Assembly: GCF_000011805.1 (NCBI RefSeq)
Contig: NC_006840.2
Length of the DNA: 32,000 bases
Reading direction: 5' to 3' (one strand)
Source: Aliivibrio fischeri ES114
GTDB lineage: Bacteria; Pseudomonadota; Gammaproteobacteria; Enterobacterales; Vibrionaceae
Positions within the stretch are counted from its first letter, which is position 1; every line of letters begins with the position of its first letter. Of the stretch, positions 1-7,913 are shown in pieces. The notes under the pieces are model-generated. The model was not told the DNA's origin. It did not search any database and was given only the letters and a program-made list of their open reading frames with translations. The position numbers and the translations under genes are program-made.

Positions 1-9
1 TTACATAAA

Positions 10-18
10 TGCTATAAT
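10..18 (+). promoter_or_regulatory. Extended -10 promoter element (TGCTATAAT) upstream of the ToxR-like regulator gene
   Basis: TGCTATAAT is a perfect TGnTATAAT extended -10. It lies 18-36 nt upstream of the candidate start codons (TTG 36, ATG 54). A -35 element cannot be assessed because the window starts at nt 1. Confidence 0.4.
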
Positions 19-53
19 ATGGTTATTAAATATGTTTGTGTAGAATTGTTAAA

Positions 54-1334
54 ATGAAAGTAAGAATATATGATAATGTGATCTTTTTAGAAGAGCAAAA
101 TTGTATAAAAATAAATGAAGTGAAGCATTTAATAGAGGGGAAACAGTCAAGTTTATTAAGTTTTTTAATTAGAAATGAAGGGGTTGTCTTTTCAAAAGAA
201 GAAATTCTAGAAAAAGTATGGAAGAGTGTTGTTACAGATCAAGTTGTTGTCCAAGCCGTATTCAAATTAAGAAAATTATTTAAAGATAACAATCTCGAAT
301 CTCCAATAGTAACAATACCTCAAAAGGGATATTTGTATGAATCACGTACTATTAAGGAAGATAGTTCTTGGTTTAGAAAAATTAAAAGAAAAGTTAATTT
401 AAATAATATTTTTCTTACCATATTGATGGTATCTATATTTATGGTCGGCCTTTATTATTGTTCATTAGAAAAAGTTGAAGATAATCGCTGTGATACAATT
501 AATTGTAATAATATCGTATATGTGAAATATGATAAAATTTCTTCAGAGCAACAAGGGCTATTAAATTTTATTAATTGGCATTTTTCAGTCAATCATAATG
601 TTAATTTTTCATCTTCACTTGCTTTTAAAGAATTATCTTCAAGAGTTTTAGATATAGATTTTAAGAAAAATAAAATATCATTTTATGATGATAATTTAAA
701 AGGTGATTATTTTGAGATAGTTTACAGTGGTAAGATAAGTAAATCCGAATTTTTATTATTGATGATGAATTTAGAAGAAAGGATATTACTTGATTACGAA
801 CATGAAGAGCTGACATCATTTTATAATGGATTACCAAATGAAGCTGAAGCATTTAATCTGTTTCTATCCTCAATAGGGGACCCAAAAGGAGATTTATTTA
901 ATAAGTTTAATATAAAAAAGTTGGAGTTAGCTGCTAATGTTGATTTAGGTAATCAATATATATTTTCAATGGAATATATAGTGAAGTTATTTTACCTATA
1001 CGATATATATTATAAAGATCCTGTGCTCAAATTAAAGATAGAGAAATTAAATAATCACTTTCTATCTGACTTGAAAAATATAAAGGTAGAAAAATATAAT
1101 TATAAAACATATGAAGCTCTTGCTGCATATGAGTTATCCATTGGTAACCCGTATAAAGCACTAGAGTATTTAACTAATTTAGATTTGAAAGAAAAGACAT
1201 TATATGGACTTTTCTTAAAAGCTAAAACTGAAGAATTATTACAAGAAAAAGATATTTCTAATGCTAAGTACATGAAAATTTATGAAAATATTGGCAGTAG
1301 GAATTATAAAATAATGATGAAATCATTTAAATAA
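54..1334 (+). CDS. ToxR/CadC-like membrane-anchored winged-helix (OmpR/PhoB-type) transcriptional regulator with a large periplasmic helical domain
   Basis: The ORF track entry 36..1334 begins at TTG; the first ATG is at 54 (MKVRIYD...). The N-terminal ~100 aa fit the OmpR/PhoB winged-helix pattern placed N-terminally as in ToxR/CadC (SKEEILEKVW...VVVQAVFKLRKLF...IVTIPQKGYLY). A single hydrophobic span follows (IFLTILMVSIFMVGLYYCS, about aa 125-143 of the track ORF). The remaining ~290 aa form a Y/L/K-rich helical, TPR-like C-terminal domain. Assignment rests on motif recognition only. Confidence 0.7.
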   Translation: MKVRIYDNVIFLEEQNCIKINEVKHLIEGKQSSLLSFLIRNEGVVFSKEEILEKVWKSVVTDQVVVQAVFKLRKLFKDNNLESPIVTIPQKGYLYESRTIKEDSSWFRKIKRKVNLNNIFLTILMVSIFMVGLYYCSLEKVEDNRCDTINCNNIVYVKYDKISSEQQGLLNFINWHFSVNHNVNFSSSLAFKELSSRVLDIDFKKNKISFYDDNLKGDYFEIVYSGKISKSEFLLLMMNLEERILLDYEHEELTSFYNGLPNEAEAFNLFLSSIGDPKGDLFNKFNIKKLELAANVDLGNQYIFSMEYIVKLFYLYDIYYKDPVLKLKIEKLNNHFLSDLKNIKVEKYNYKTYEALAAYELSIGNPYKALEYLTNLDLKEKTLYGLFLKAKTEELLQEKDISNAKYMKIYENIGSRNYKIMMKSFK

Positions 1335-1348
1335 TATGGAGAGTAAAG

Positions 1349-3232
1349 GTGCTTTTAAAAAATAAGATTCTAGTATATTCATCGATATTGGTGGTGGTTG
1401 TTGCAACTTTATTAACAATGAATGGATATAGAGCATTTTATAATTTCAATGAAAAAGTAGCGATTGAGTCTATTAATGACCGTTCTAAATTGTTAGCATC
1501 TTCACTTGAGGAAAAAATAAATGGGTATTTTTCATCTTTAAATTCATTTTCTATTTATTTTAAAGATGATGGTAGTTTTGATGAAGAAGCTACTGCAAAA
1601 AGCTTAAAATTACTGGCTGAAGCTAATGATGTACAAAATGCATTTATTGGGTTTAAAGATGGAAAAGTATTTAGTATCGATGGAAATTTATCTAATTTAA
1701 ATGCAAAAGAATCAAGAAGAGAGTGGTATACAAAGATCTTCTCTGGTGAAGATAGAGTAATAACCAAAGTATATAAAGATGCTAATAACCTAAATGTATT
1801 TGCGTTTGCCGTTCCTATTTTAAATAATAATAAAGAAATAATTGCTACTGTTGCATTTGGTATTAAACAAGATACTTTGAATGAAGCAATGTTAAAGCTG
1901 TCAAATAAGAACCAGATTTATACATTCATACACGATGGATATATTATCACTGCACAGAATAAAGAAAATATTGGTAAAAATATCAATGTTCTTGCTAAAG
2001 GCTTAGATGATTATAATGGAGATTATGTTAGGCTTTTTGATAAGAATAAAAATGATTATTTTATTGCATCTAATACTAAAATTGAAAAATATAATTTAAC
2101 AATATCTGTATATGAGTATGAAGATGATATTTATAATGCCAGCAAAAATATGTTTTTTGATTCTATACTAATTCTTTCTGCATTATTAATGATTATGTTG
2201 CCTATTATCTATTATGGAGTTATTTATTTAATCTACAAACCTATTGGAGGTGAACCAGTCAGAATATCTGAAATTTTATCTAATATTGCTAATGGTGATT
2301 TATCTCAACCATTAAGGTCTTCTGATAAAGATACTGGAATTTATCGCTCAGTTACTCTATTAGCTCGTAAGATGTCTGAAATTGTGACAAATAGCCATTC
2401 GATTTCCAATAATGTTTCAGCGGCAACAGAAGAAGTTTCTGTTGTTATGTTAGATACCGCTCAAAATGCTCAAAATGAACTTGCTCAAGTAGAAGAGATT
2501 TCAACAGCAATTAGTGAACTGTCCAGTACATCAAAAGAAGTCACTAAAAATGCAACTTATGCTGAAAATGAAGTTGCAAAGGCTAAAAACAGTGTATTAA
2601 ATGGACGTAAAGCAATTAAAGATAAGCTTGATAAAACTAATGGTATTCATGATTCAATACAAGTTACGGTACAACTTATTTCAGAGTTAAAGACTGATAC
2701 ACTTAATATTAGTGAAGTTACTGATGTAATAGATTCTATATCAGAACAGACTAATTTACTTGCATTGAATGCAGCAATTGAAGCGGCAAGAGCGGGTGAT
2801 GCTGGTCGAGGTTTTGCTGTTGTAGCAGATGAAGTTAGGACTCTAGCCGCAAAAACACAAGACTCAACACTTCATATTCAAAATATTATTACTAAACTGC
2901 AGTCGCAAGCAGAAAAAGTAAACGACAATATTATGCTGAATGTCGATGTCATTAAAGAATCGATGGGTTTGGCTAAAAATGTCCAAACTGCTTTTACACA
3001 GATTTCAGATTCAGTTGATAATATATCGGATATCAGTACGTTAGTTGCTACAGCATCGCAAGAACAACTTCACGTAACAGAAGAGATTGCTCAAAACACA
3101 ATACGAACGTTTGATCTAGTTACTCAAAATGTATCAGCAATTAATCAAACACAACAAGCTACCAAAGAAGTATCGAAGTTAGCTGTTGCGCAAAAAACAG
3201 AATTAGATTTCTTTAAAGTTGCTTCATCATAA
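1349..3232 (+). CDS. Methyl-accepting chemotaxis protein with double-Cache-like periplasmic sensor
   Basis: GTG start follows GGAGAG, 14 nt after the upstream stop. The protein has an N-terminal TM helix, a ~250-aa periplasmic region, a second TM helix (ILILSALLMIMLPIIYYGVIYLIY) and a HAMP-like segment. It carries the canonical MCP signalling hairpin tip [35 protein letters not shown]. Confidence 0.92.
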   Translation: MLLKNKILVYSSILVVVVATLLTMNGYRAFYNFNEKVAIESINDRSKLLASSLEEKINGYFSSLNSFSIYFKDDGSFDEEATAKSLKLLAEANDVQNAFIGFKDGKVFSIDGNLSNLNAKESRREWYTKIFSGEDRVITKVYKDANNLNVFAFAVPILNNNKEIIATVAFGIKQDTLNEAMLKLSNKNQIYTFIHDGYIITAQNKENIGKNINVLAKGLDDYNGDYVRLFDKNKNDYFIASNTKIEKYNLTISVYEYEDDIYNASKNMFFDSILILSALLMIMLPIIYYGVIYLIYKPIGGEPVRISEILSNIANGDLSQPLRSSDKDTGIYRSVTLLARKMSEIVTNSHSISNNVSAATEEVSVVMLDTAQNAQNELAQVEEISTAISELSSTSKEVTKNATYAENEVAKAKNSVLNGRKAIKDKLDKTNGIHDSIQVTVQLISELKTDTLNISEVTDVIDSISEQTNLLALNAAIEAARAGDAGRGFAVVADEVRTLAAKTQDSTLHIQNIITKLQSQAEKVNDNIMLNVDVIKESMGLAKNVQTAFTQISDSVDNISDISTLVATASQEQLHVTEEIAQNTIRTFDLVTQNVSAINQTQQATKEVSKLAVAQKTELDFFKVASS

Positions 3233-3262
3233 TAATCATAGTGCAGCTGTTATCAATATCAA

Positions 3263-3297
3263 AGGCCTCACAGGTAGCACTGTGAGGCCTTTTTTTA
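3263..3297 (+). terminator. Rho-independent terminator after the chemoreceptor gene
   Basis: Perfect 11-bp stem AGGCCTCACAG (3263-3273) pairs with CTGTGAGGCCT (3280-3290). The loop is 6 nt and a T7 run follows (3291-3297). Confidence 0.85.
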
Positions 3298-3374
3298 TGA
3301 AAAATCAGACACCTCTGGTATAGCAACAAGAAAAGAGTACAATGCACGCAATTCTCATATTGTTAGGAAAGCTT

Positions 3375-3914
3375 GTGGCTCTTAAACCAACCATCTATAA
3401 ATTTCGTGTCGCTTTAACAGACATGAATCGTGATCATTATGATTCATTGAATTTGACGATTGCTCAGCACCCTTCAGAAAACACTGAGCGCATGATGGCA
3501 CGTGTATTGGCGTTTTGCTTAAATGCAAGAGAAGGTCTGGTCTTCACTAAAGGGCTATCAGAAGTTGATGAACCTGATATTTGGGTTCGTGAATATGATG
3601 ATTCTGTTTCACTATGGATTGATGCCGGTGAGCCAGATGCGGATCGCATGAAAAAAGCAACGCGTCAGTCAAAAGAAACCAAAGTTTATAGCTTCAACTC
3701 AAAGTCAGAAGTGTGGTGGAAACAAAACCAAAGTAAATTTTCCGCTTACTCAGTAGATGTTGTGCGTTTTGATTGGGAACAAATTCATGCGTTTGCCGCA
3801 TTACTGCAAAGAACGATGGATATTTCAGTGATGATCACAGGTGATTCTGCATTTATTTCAACTGAGCAGGGCGAGTGTGAAGTTACTTGGGAAACCCTAC
3901 AATCAGTAGAATAA
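3375..3914 (+). CDS. yaeQ: YaeQ family protein
   Basis: The sequence aligns by eye along its length with E. coli YaeQ as I recall it (ALKPTIYKF..., HPSENTERMMARVLAF, DEPDIW, WWKQNQSKF). The track ORF starts at 3342. The in-frame GTG at 3375, preceded by AGGAAA, gives the family-typical N-terminus (M)ALKPTIYK. Confidence 0.85.
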   Translation: MALKPTIYKFRVALTDMNRDHYDSLNLTIAQHPSENTERMMARVLAFCLNAREGLVFTKGLSEVDEPDIWVREYDDSVSLWIDAGEPDADRMKKATRQSKETKVYSFNSKSEVWWKQNQSKFSAYSVDVVRFDWEQIHAFAALLQRTMDISVMITGDSAFISTEQGECEVTWETLQSVE

Positions 3915-3969
3915 GTGATTTAGATTCATTTATTTGATTTTACTGTTTCAGTAATTAAATCTGGTTCAT

Positions 3970-4008
3970 AATGCCTTCTGTTTAGCCTTTATTCAGAAGG
4001 CATTTTTT
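3970..4008 (+). terminator. Rho-independent terminator after yaeQ
   Basis: Stem AATGCCTTCTG (3970-3980) pairs with CAGAAGGCATT (3994-4004) and is followed by a T-run up to 4008. It abuts the ATG of the next gene. Confidence 0.7.
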
Positions 4009-4737
4009 ATGGAGCCGACTTTGATGGATCTTGGTTTATTATCTGCAATGTTCCTTATATTTATAGGATCATTTGTCCAAAGTGCGATTGGTTTTGGACT
4101 TGCTATTGTTACTGCGCCACTGCTATTTTTAATTTCTCCTGATTACGTTCCTGCCCCAATAGTAATTGTCGGTTTATTCTTATCTATTATTAATGCCTAT
4201 AAACATAAAGCGAATGTGTCTTTTCGAGGTTTAGGGTACGCATTTTTAGGTCGGATTCCCGGCTCCATATTTGGTGGTTTACTGCTTTATTACGTAGATG
4301 CAAAACTGCTGTCTCTTTGGATTGGTGTGGTTGTATTACTTGCTGTTGCGATTAGCCTGCTTCCATTTCGTATTGAACCAAATAATTCAAGAATGACGAT
4401 TGCAGGGTTTTTCTCTGGTCTATTCGGTACCAGTTCAGGCATTGGAGGCCCTCCAATGGCCTTGTTATTACAGCATCAAGAAGCAAACCTTATTCGAGCT
4501 AACTTATCTGCTTTCTTTGTTGTGAGTAGTTTTATTTCTCTTGCTGTGCAAGTACCTGCGGGATACATGAGCTTGAACCATTTATATCTTACGTTGCCAT
4601 TACTTCCCGCTTCGGTTATCGGTTATCTGGTCGCAATGAAAGTGGTAGATAAAATTGATAAAAGCACCATCAGAAAAGTATCATTAGTGATGTGCTCTAT
4701 CTCTGGTATTGCTGCGATAGTATTAGGAATGAGGTGA
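4009..4737 (+). CDS. TauE/SafE (DUF81) family anion-exporter-like membrane protein
   Basis: The 242-aa protein is highly hydrophobic with about 7-8 TM spans. It has the family-typical glycine-rich helices (FIGSFVQSAIGFGLAIV, GLFGTSSGIGGPPMAL). An alternative ATG lies at 4024. Confidence 0.75.
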   Translation: MEPTLMDLGLLSAMFLIFIGSFVQSAIGFGLAIVTAPLLFLISPDYVPAPIVIVGLFLSIINAYKHKANVSFRGLGYAFLGRIPGSIFGGLLLYYVDAKLLSLWIGVVVLLAVAISLLPFRIEPNNSRMTIAGFFSGLFGTSSGIGGPPMALLLQHQEANLIRANLSAFFVVSSFISLAVQVPAGYMSLNHLYLTLPLLPASVIGYLVAMKVVDKIDKSTIRKVSLVMCSISGIAAIVLGMR

Positions 4738-4911
4738 ATACCTTAACTTGCATTGTTAATTCAATATAGTGTGGTGTTAATAAAAATATCTATTGACCTG
4801 TCTAAAGCTTCATAGTCTATGCTTTATCAAGTAAACGGAAGGCGTTTTATTTCAAATGATTTATTTGAAGTGGTGTGCCTTCAAAAACGGTTTAAAACAT
4901 TAGAGATAGAC

Positions 4912-5421
4912 ATGAAATTTAGAATAGAAAAAGAATCCGATCATAAAGCAATTGAAAACATAACTTATAAAGCGTTTGAAAACCACCCGCATCATGCCCC
5001 GGGTGCAAAACCAACAGAGCATAAAATCATTGAACGATTACGTGAGAATAATGCACTTACTCTGTCACTTGTGGCTGAGAAGGGTGACACCATCATTGGG
5101 CATATTGCATTTTCACCTGTATTAATTAATGGCAAGGACTCGAAATGGTACGGTTTAGGGCCTGTTTCGGTATTACCTGAGCATCAAAGTGAAGGTATTG
5201 GTTCACGTTTAATTCGTTTAGGTCTTGAACAATTAATCGAGCAAGGTGCGGAAGGGGCTGTGTTACTTGGTGAACCAGAATATTATCAACGATTTGGCTT
5301 TAAATCGGATGAAAAATTAATACTAGAAGGCGTACCTGCTGAGTATTTCTTAAGTCTGCCATTAACAGAAATTGAAATGCCTCAGGGTGAAGTTAATTAT
5401 CATCCGGCGTTCTTTGAATAA
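4912..5421 (+). CDS. GNAT family N-acetyltransferase (YhbS-like)
   Basis: The acetyl-CoA binding motif region is VLPEHQSEGIGSRLIRLGLEQL (Q/R-x-x-G-x-G/A type). Overall layout and length resemble E. coli YhbS. The track ORF starts at 4819, but the family-typical N-terminus is MKFRIEKESD at ATG 4912. Confidence 0.75.
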   Translation: MKFRIEKESDHKAIENITYKAFENHPHHAPGAKPTEHKIIERLRENNALTLSLVAEKGDTIIGHIAFSPVLINGKDSKWYGLGPVSVLPEHQSEGIGSRLIRLGLEQLIEQGAEGAVLLGEPEYYQRFGFKSDEKLILEGVPAEYFLSLPLTEIEMPQGEVNYHPAFFE

Positions 5422-5450
5422 TGAGAGCCGTTAATTAGTTATATTGACAT

Positions 5451-5482
5451 AAAAAAACCGCTGGAAGTTCAGCGGTTTTTTC
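5451..5482. terminator. Bidirectional rho-independent terminator between convergent GNAT and BCCT genes
   Basis: The structure is A7 + AACCGCTG (5456-5463) / loop GAAGTT / CAGCGGTT (5470-5477) + T-run. The A-run on one side and T-run on the other allow termination on both strands. Confidence 0.8.
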
Positions 5483-5509
5483 ATATTTAGCATTTGAGTT
5501 AATGCAAGT

Positions 5510-7462
5510 TTAGCTTGGCGTGTTCAATCTTGTTTTGATCGCCAATTTTGCTTCTTCATTTGCTTGTAGTGTTTCTTCTTCAACTTTCTGACGCATCAGT
5601 GCATCAAAGGCAACACGTGCTTCTTGAGCAAGCTCAGACGCTGCTAATTTCGCTTCTTTAGCATTTGTCGAGTCATCAGTTAGTTGACGTAATTTTTCAA
5701 TGATCTCATCAGGCGCATCACCTAAATCAACACTTGATTCACCACGAGCTAATGCTTCTTTACGTAATTGTTTTTTCAGCATCCAAATAGCATCGTTCGC
5801 TTCACGCTCAAGATCAGCTGCTTCAATTGCGTTATCACGTAACTGTTCAAAGCGTGCCAATGCTTGGCCTTCTTTGCTCCATGGATCAACATCTGGTAAG
5901 TCAGAAATGTTGATAACAGGATCAACGTAATTATCTTGGTGTGATAAATCCAGCATGGCTGCTTTAACACCAGAGATCATTAGCATGATAGCGATAACTA
6001 ATAGTGGTAAACCACCAACAATCGCTGCCGTTTGTAGTGTTGCCAAGCCGCCCATAAACATCAATGCAGATGGCATGAATGATAGAGTGAAAGCCCAGAA
6101 CAGACGGTTCCAACGCATTGGATCTTCAGTTACGTTCGTTTGTACTACTGACGCTAAAATGTAAGAGATAGAGTCAAACGTTGTTGCAGTGAAAATCACA
6201 CATAACAAAGTAAACACAGCAATCACAAAAGTGCTGAATGGCAGTTGTTCTAAAACAGAGAAGATAGCACGAGTTGCGCCTTCGCTATTAAGAATACCAA
6301 CAACGTCTAATTCACCAGATAATTGCAGTGATAAACCGTAGTTGCCAAGGATGATGAAGTACATTGCACAGCCTAAAGAGCCGAAGAATACTGCACCTGA
6401 AACCATCTGTTTAATCGTTCTTCCGCGTGAAATACGCGCAACGAACAGACCCATACTTGGTGCAAATACTAGCCACCATGCCCAGTAGAAAATCGTCCAG
6501 TCTTGTGGGAAGTGTGTATCCGCAAAGGTACCCATGCCGCCAAACGGTTCAGCCCATGTCGCCATTACAAAGAAGTTAGATAGCATACGACCGATTGAGT
6601 CTAAGCCTGTTTCCAACATAAAGATGGTTGGACCGCAAACTAATACAAACAGCAGTAAACCTAACGCACCCCAGAAGTTAATATTACTTAAAATCTTAAT
6701 GCCTTTGTCCATACCCATGTACGATGAGTAAGCAAAGATAGCGGTACAAACCATAAGTACTAAAATCTGGCTACCTGTTGTTGCAGGAATACCAAATAGG
6801 TAGCTAATACCTTCGTTGATAAGTGGTGCTGCTAAACCTAAGGTTGTTGCTGCGCCGCCCAATAGACCGAAGATAAACAATACATCAATAACTTTACCCA
6901 GTTTACCAAAGCTGTTTGCTTCGCCAATAACAGGCATTAAAGCAGCAGATACTTTTAGTACAGGTTGTTTACGTACGTAGAAGAAGTAAGCAATTGGAAT
7001 TGCAGGGATCATATAGATACACCAAGCAATTGGACCCCAGTGGAAAAGACCATAAGTCGCCGCCCAACGTACTGCTTCCTCACTGCCAGCTTCTAATTGA
7101 AACGGAGGGTTTTGGTAGTAGTATGCCCATTCAATCGTACCCCAGTACAAAATACTGGCACCGATACCACCACAAAATAGCATAGCCGCCCAAGACGCAA
7201 GTGCAAATTCAGGCTTTTCATCTGGATCACCCAGTTTGATTTGGCCGATATCAGAGAACACGATGTAGATCATGAAGAAAAATGCCGCTAAACCTAGCCC
7301 TAAATATGCAAAGCCCAGTTTGTCGGTCATAAATGTTTTAGCTACGGCAATCCACTCGGCACCTTCTGCTGGGAATACCAGTAAAGGAACTACAACCGCA
7401 CAAAGCAGTAAGATTGCGCCGAAAAAGGTGGGTTTATCGATAAGCTCGAAGTGTTTTTTCAT
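5510..7462 (-). CDS. BCCT family (betaine/carnitine/choline) transporter, BetT-like with long charged C-terminal tail
   Basis: The 650-aa protein has 12 predicted TM helices. It carries the BCCT signature region WTIFYWAWWLVFAPSMGLFVARISRGRTIKQ. The last ~130 aa are charged and coiled-coil-like, as in BetT-type osmoregulated carriers. Confidence 0.9.
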   Translation of the reverse strand: MKKHFELIDKPTFFGAILLLCAVVVPLLVFPAEGAEWIAVAKTFMTDKLGFAYLGLGLAAFFFMIYIVFSDIGQIKLGDPDEKPEFALASWAAMLFCGGIGASILYWGTIEWAYYYQNPPFQLEAGSEEAVRWAATYGLFHWGPIAWCIYMIPAIPIAYFFYVRKQPVLKVSAALMPVIGEANSFGKLGKVIDVLFIFGLLGGAATTLGLAAPLINEGISYLFGIPATTGSQILVLMVCTAIFAYSSYMGMDKGIKILSNINFWGALGLLLFVLVCGPTIFMLETGLDSIGRMLSNFFVMATWAEPFGGMGTFADTHFPQDWTIFYWAWWLVFAPSMGLFVARISRGRTIKQMVSGAVFFGSLGCAMYFIILGNYGLSLQLSGELDVVGILNSEGATRAIFSVLEQLPFSTFVIAVFTLLCVIFTATTFDSISYILASVVQTNVTEDPMRWNRLFWAFTLSFMPSALMFMGGLATLQTAAIVGGLPLLVIAIMLMISGVKAAMLDLSHQDNYVDPVINISDLPDVDPWSKEGQALARFEQLRDNAIEAADLEREANDAIWMLKKQLRKEALARGESSVDLGDAPDEIIEKLRQLTDDSTNAKEAKLAASELAQEARVAFDALMRQKVEEETLQANEEAKLAIKTRLNTPS

Positions 7463-7913
7463 TTTTATTGTCCGTAATAAAAACAGATTTAATTAAGTGC
7501 GCGCACCAATAATTCCCCGTGCTGAGGGAATTCAGACGGGTTCAACTTAAATTAATAGAGTATAAATATTGTGTGCGGACGTATTTTTGTAAGTAATGTA
7601 ATGCTCGAAAAATATTCAGATCACGATTAACCTGAATCGACGATAAAATAGAGCGAATTTGTCAATATGTCGACAAACTTATTTCTTTATTTTATAAAAA
7701 ACGTGATCTAGATATCATAAAAATAAATTACGAAAAATCGCTGTTTAATAAACATTCTAAACGAATAAAAAGTGTCAATGATTGGTTTTGATTGAACCTT
7801 AATGCTCTCGGTATCAATAACTAGTCTTAAACCACCAAACAGTTGCATTCCTATTTTTAATGGGCGTATTCTACAAACAGATAACACAAACTAATTATAA
7901 ATAGGGATGCATT

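Noticed and set aside
2744-2848. A ~100-nt sequence repeated three times in the window (also about 25432-25533 and 30722-30825 on the minus strand)
   Set aside because: This is the conserved signalling hairpin tip of three paralogous MCP genes ([30 protein letters not shown]). It reflects protein-level conservation, not a mobile or regulatory repeat.
3342-3374. 5' extensions of track ORFs: 3342 for yaeQ, 4819 for the GNAT gene, 23554 for the amylase gene, 27730 for the lipoprotein gene and 36 for the regulator gene
   Set aside because: The extensions start at non-ATG codons or lack an SD. They add residues absent from the family-typical N-termini, or in the lipoprotein case residues ahead of the signal peptide. 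Internal starts fit better.
5510-5900. The long charged coiled-coil C-terminal tail of the BCCT transporter as a novel fusion
   Set aside because: Extended cytoplasmic C-terminal domains are a known feature of BetT/BetP-type osmoregulated BCCT carriers, so this is ordinary.
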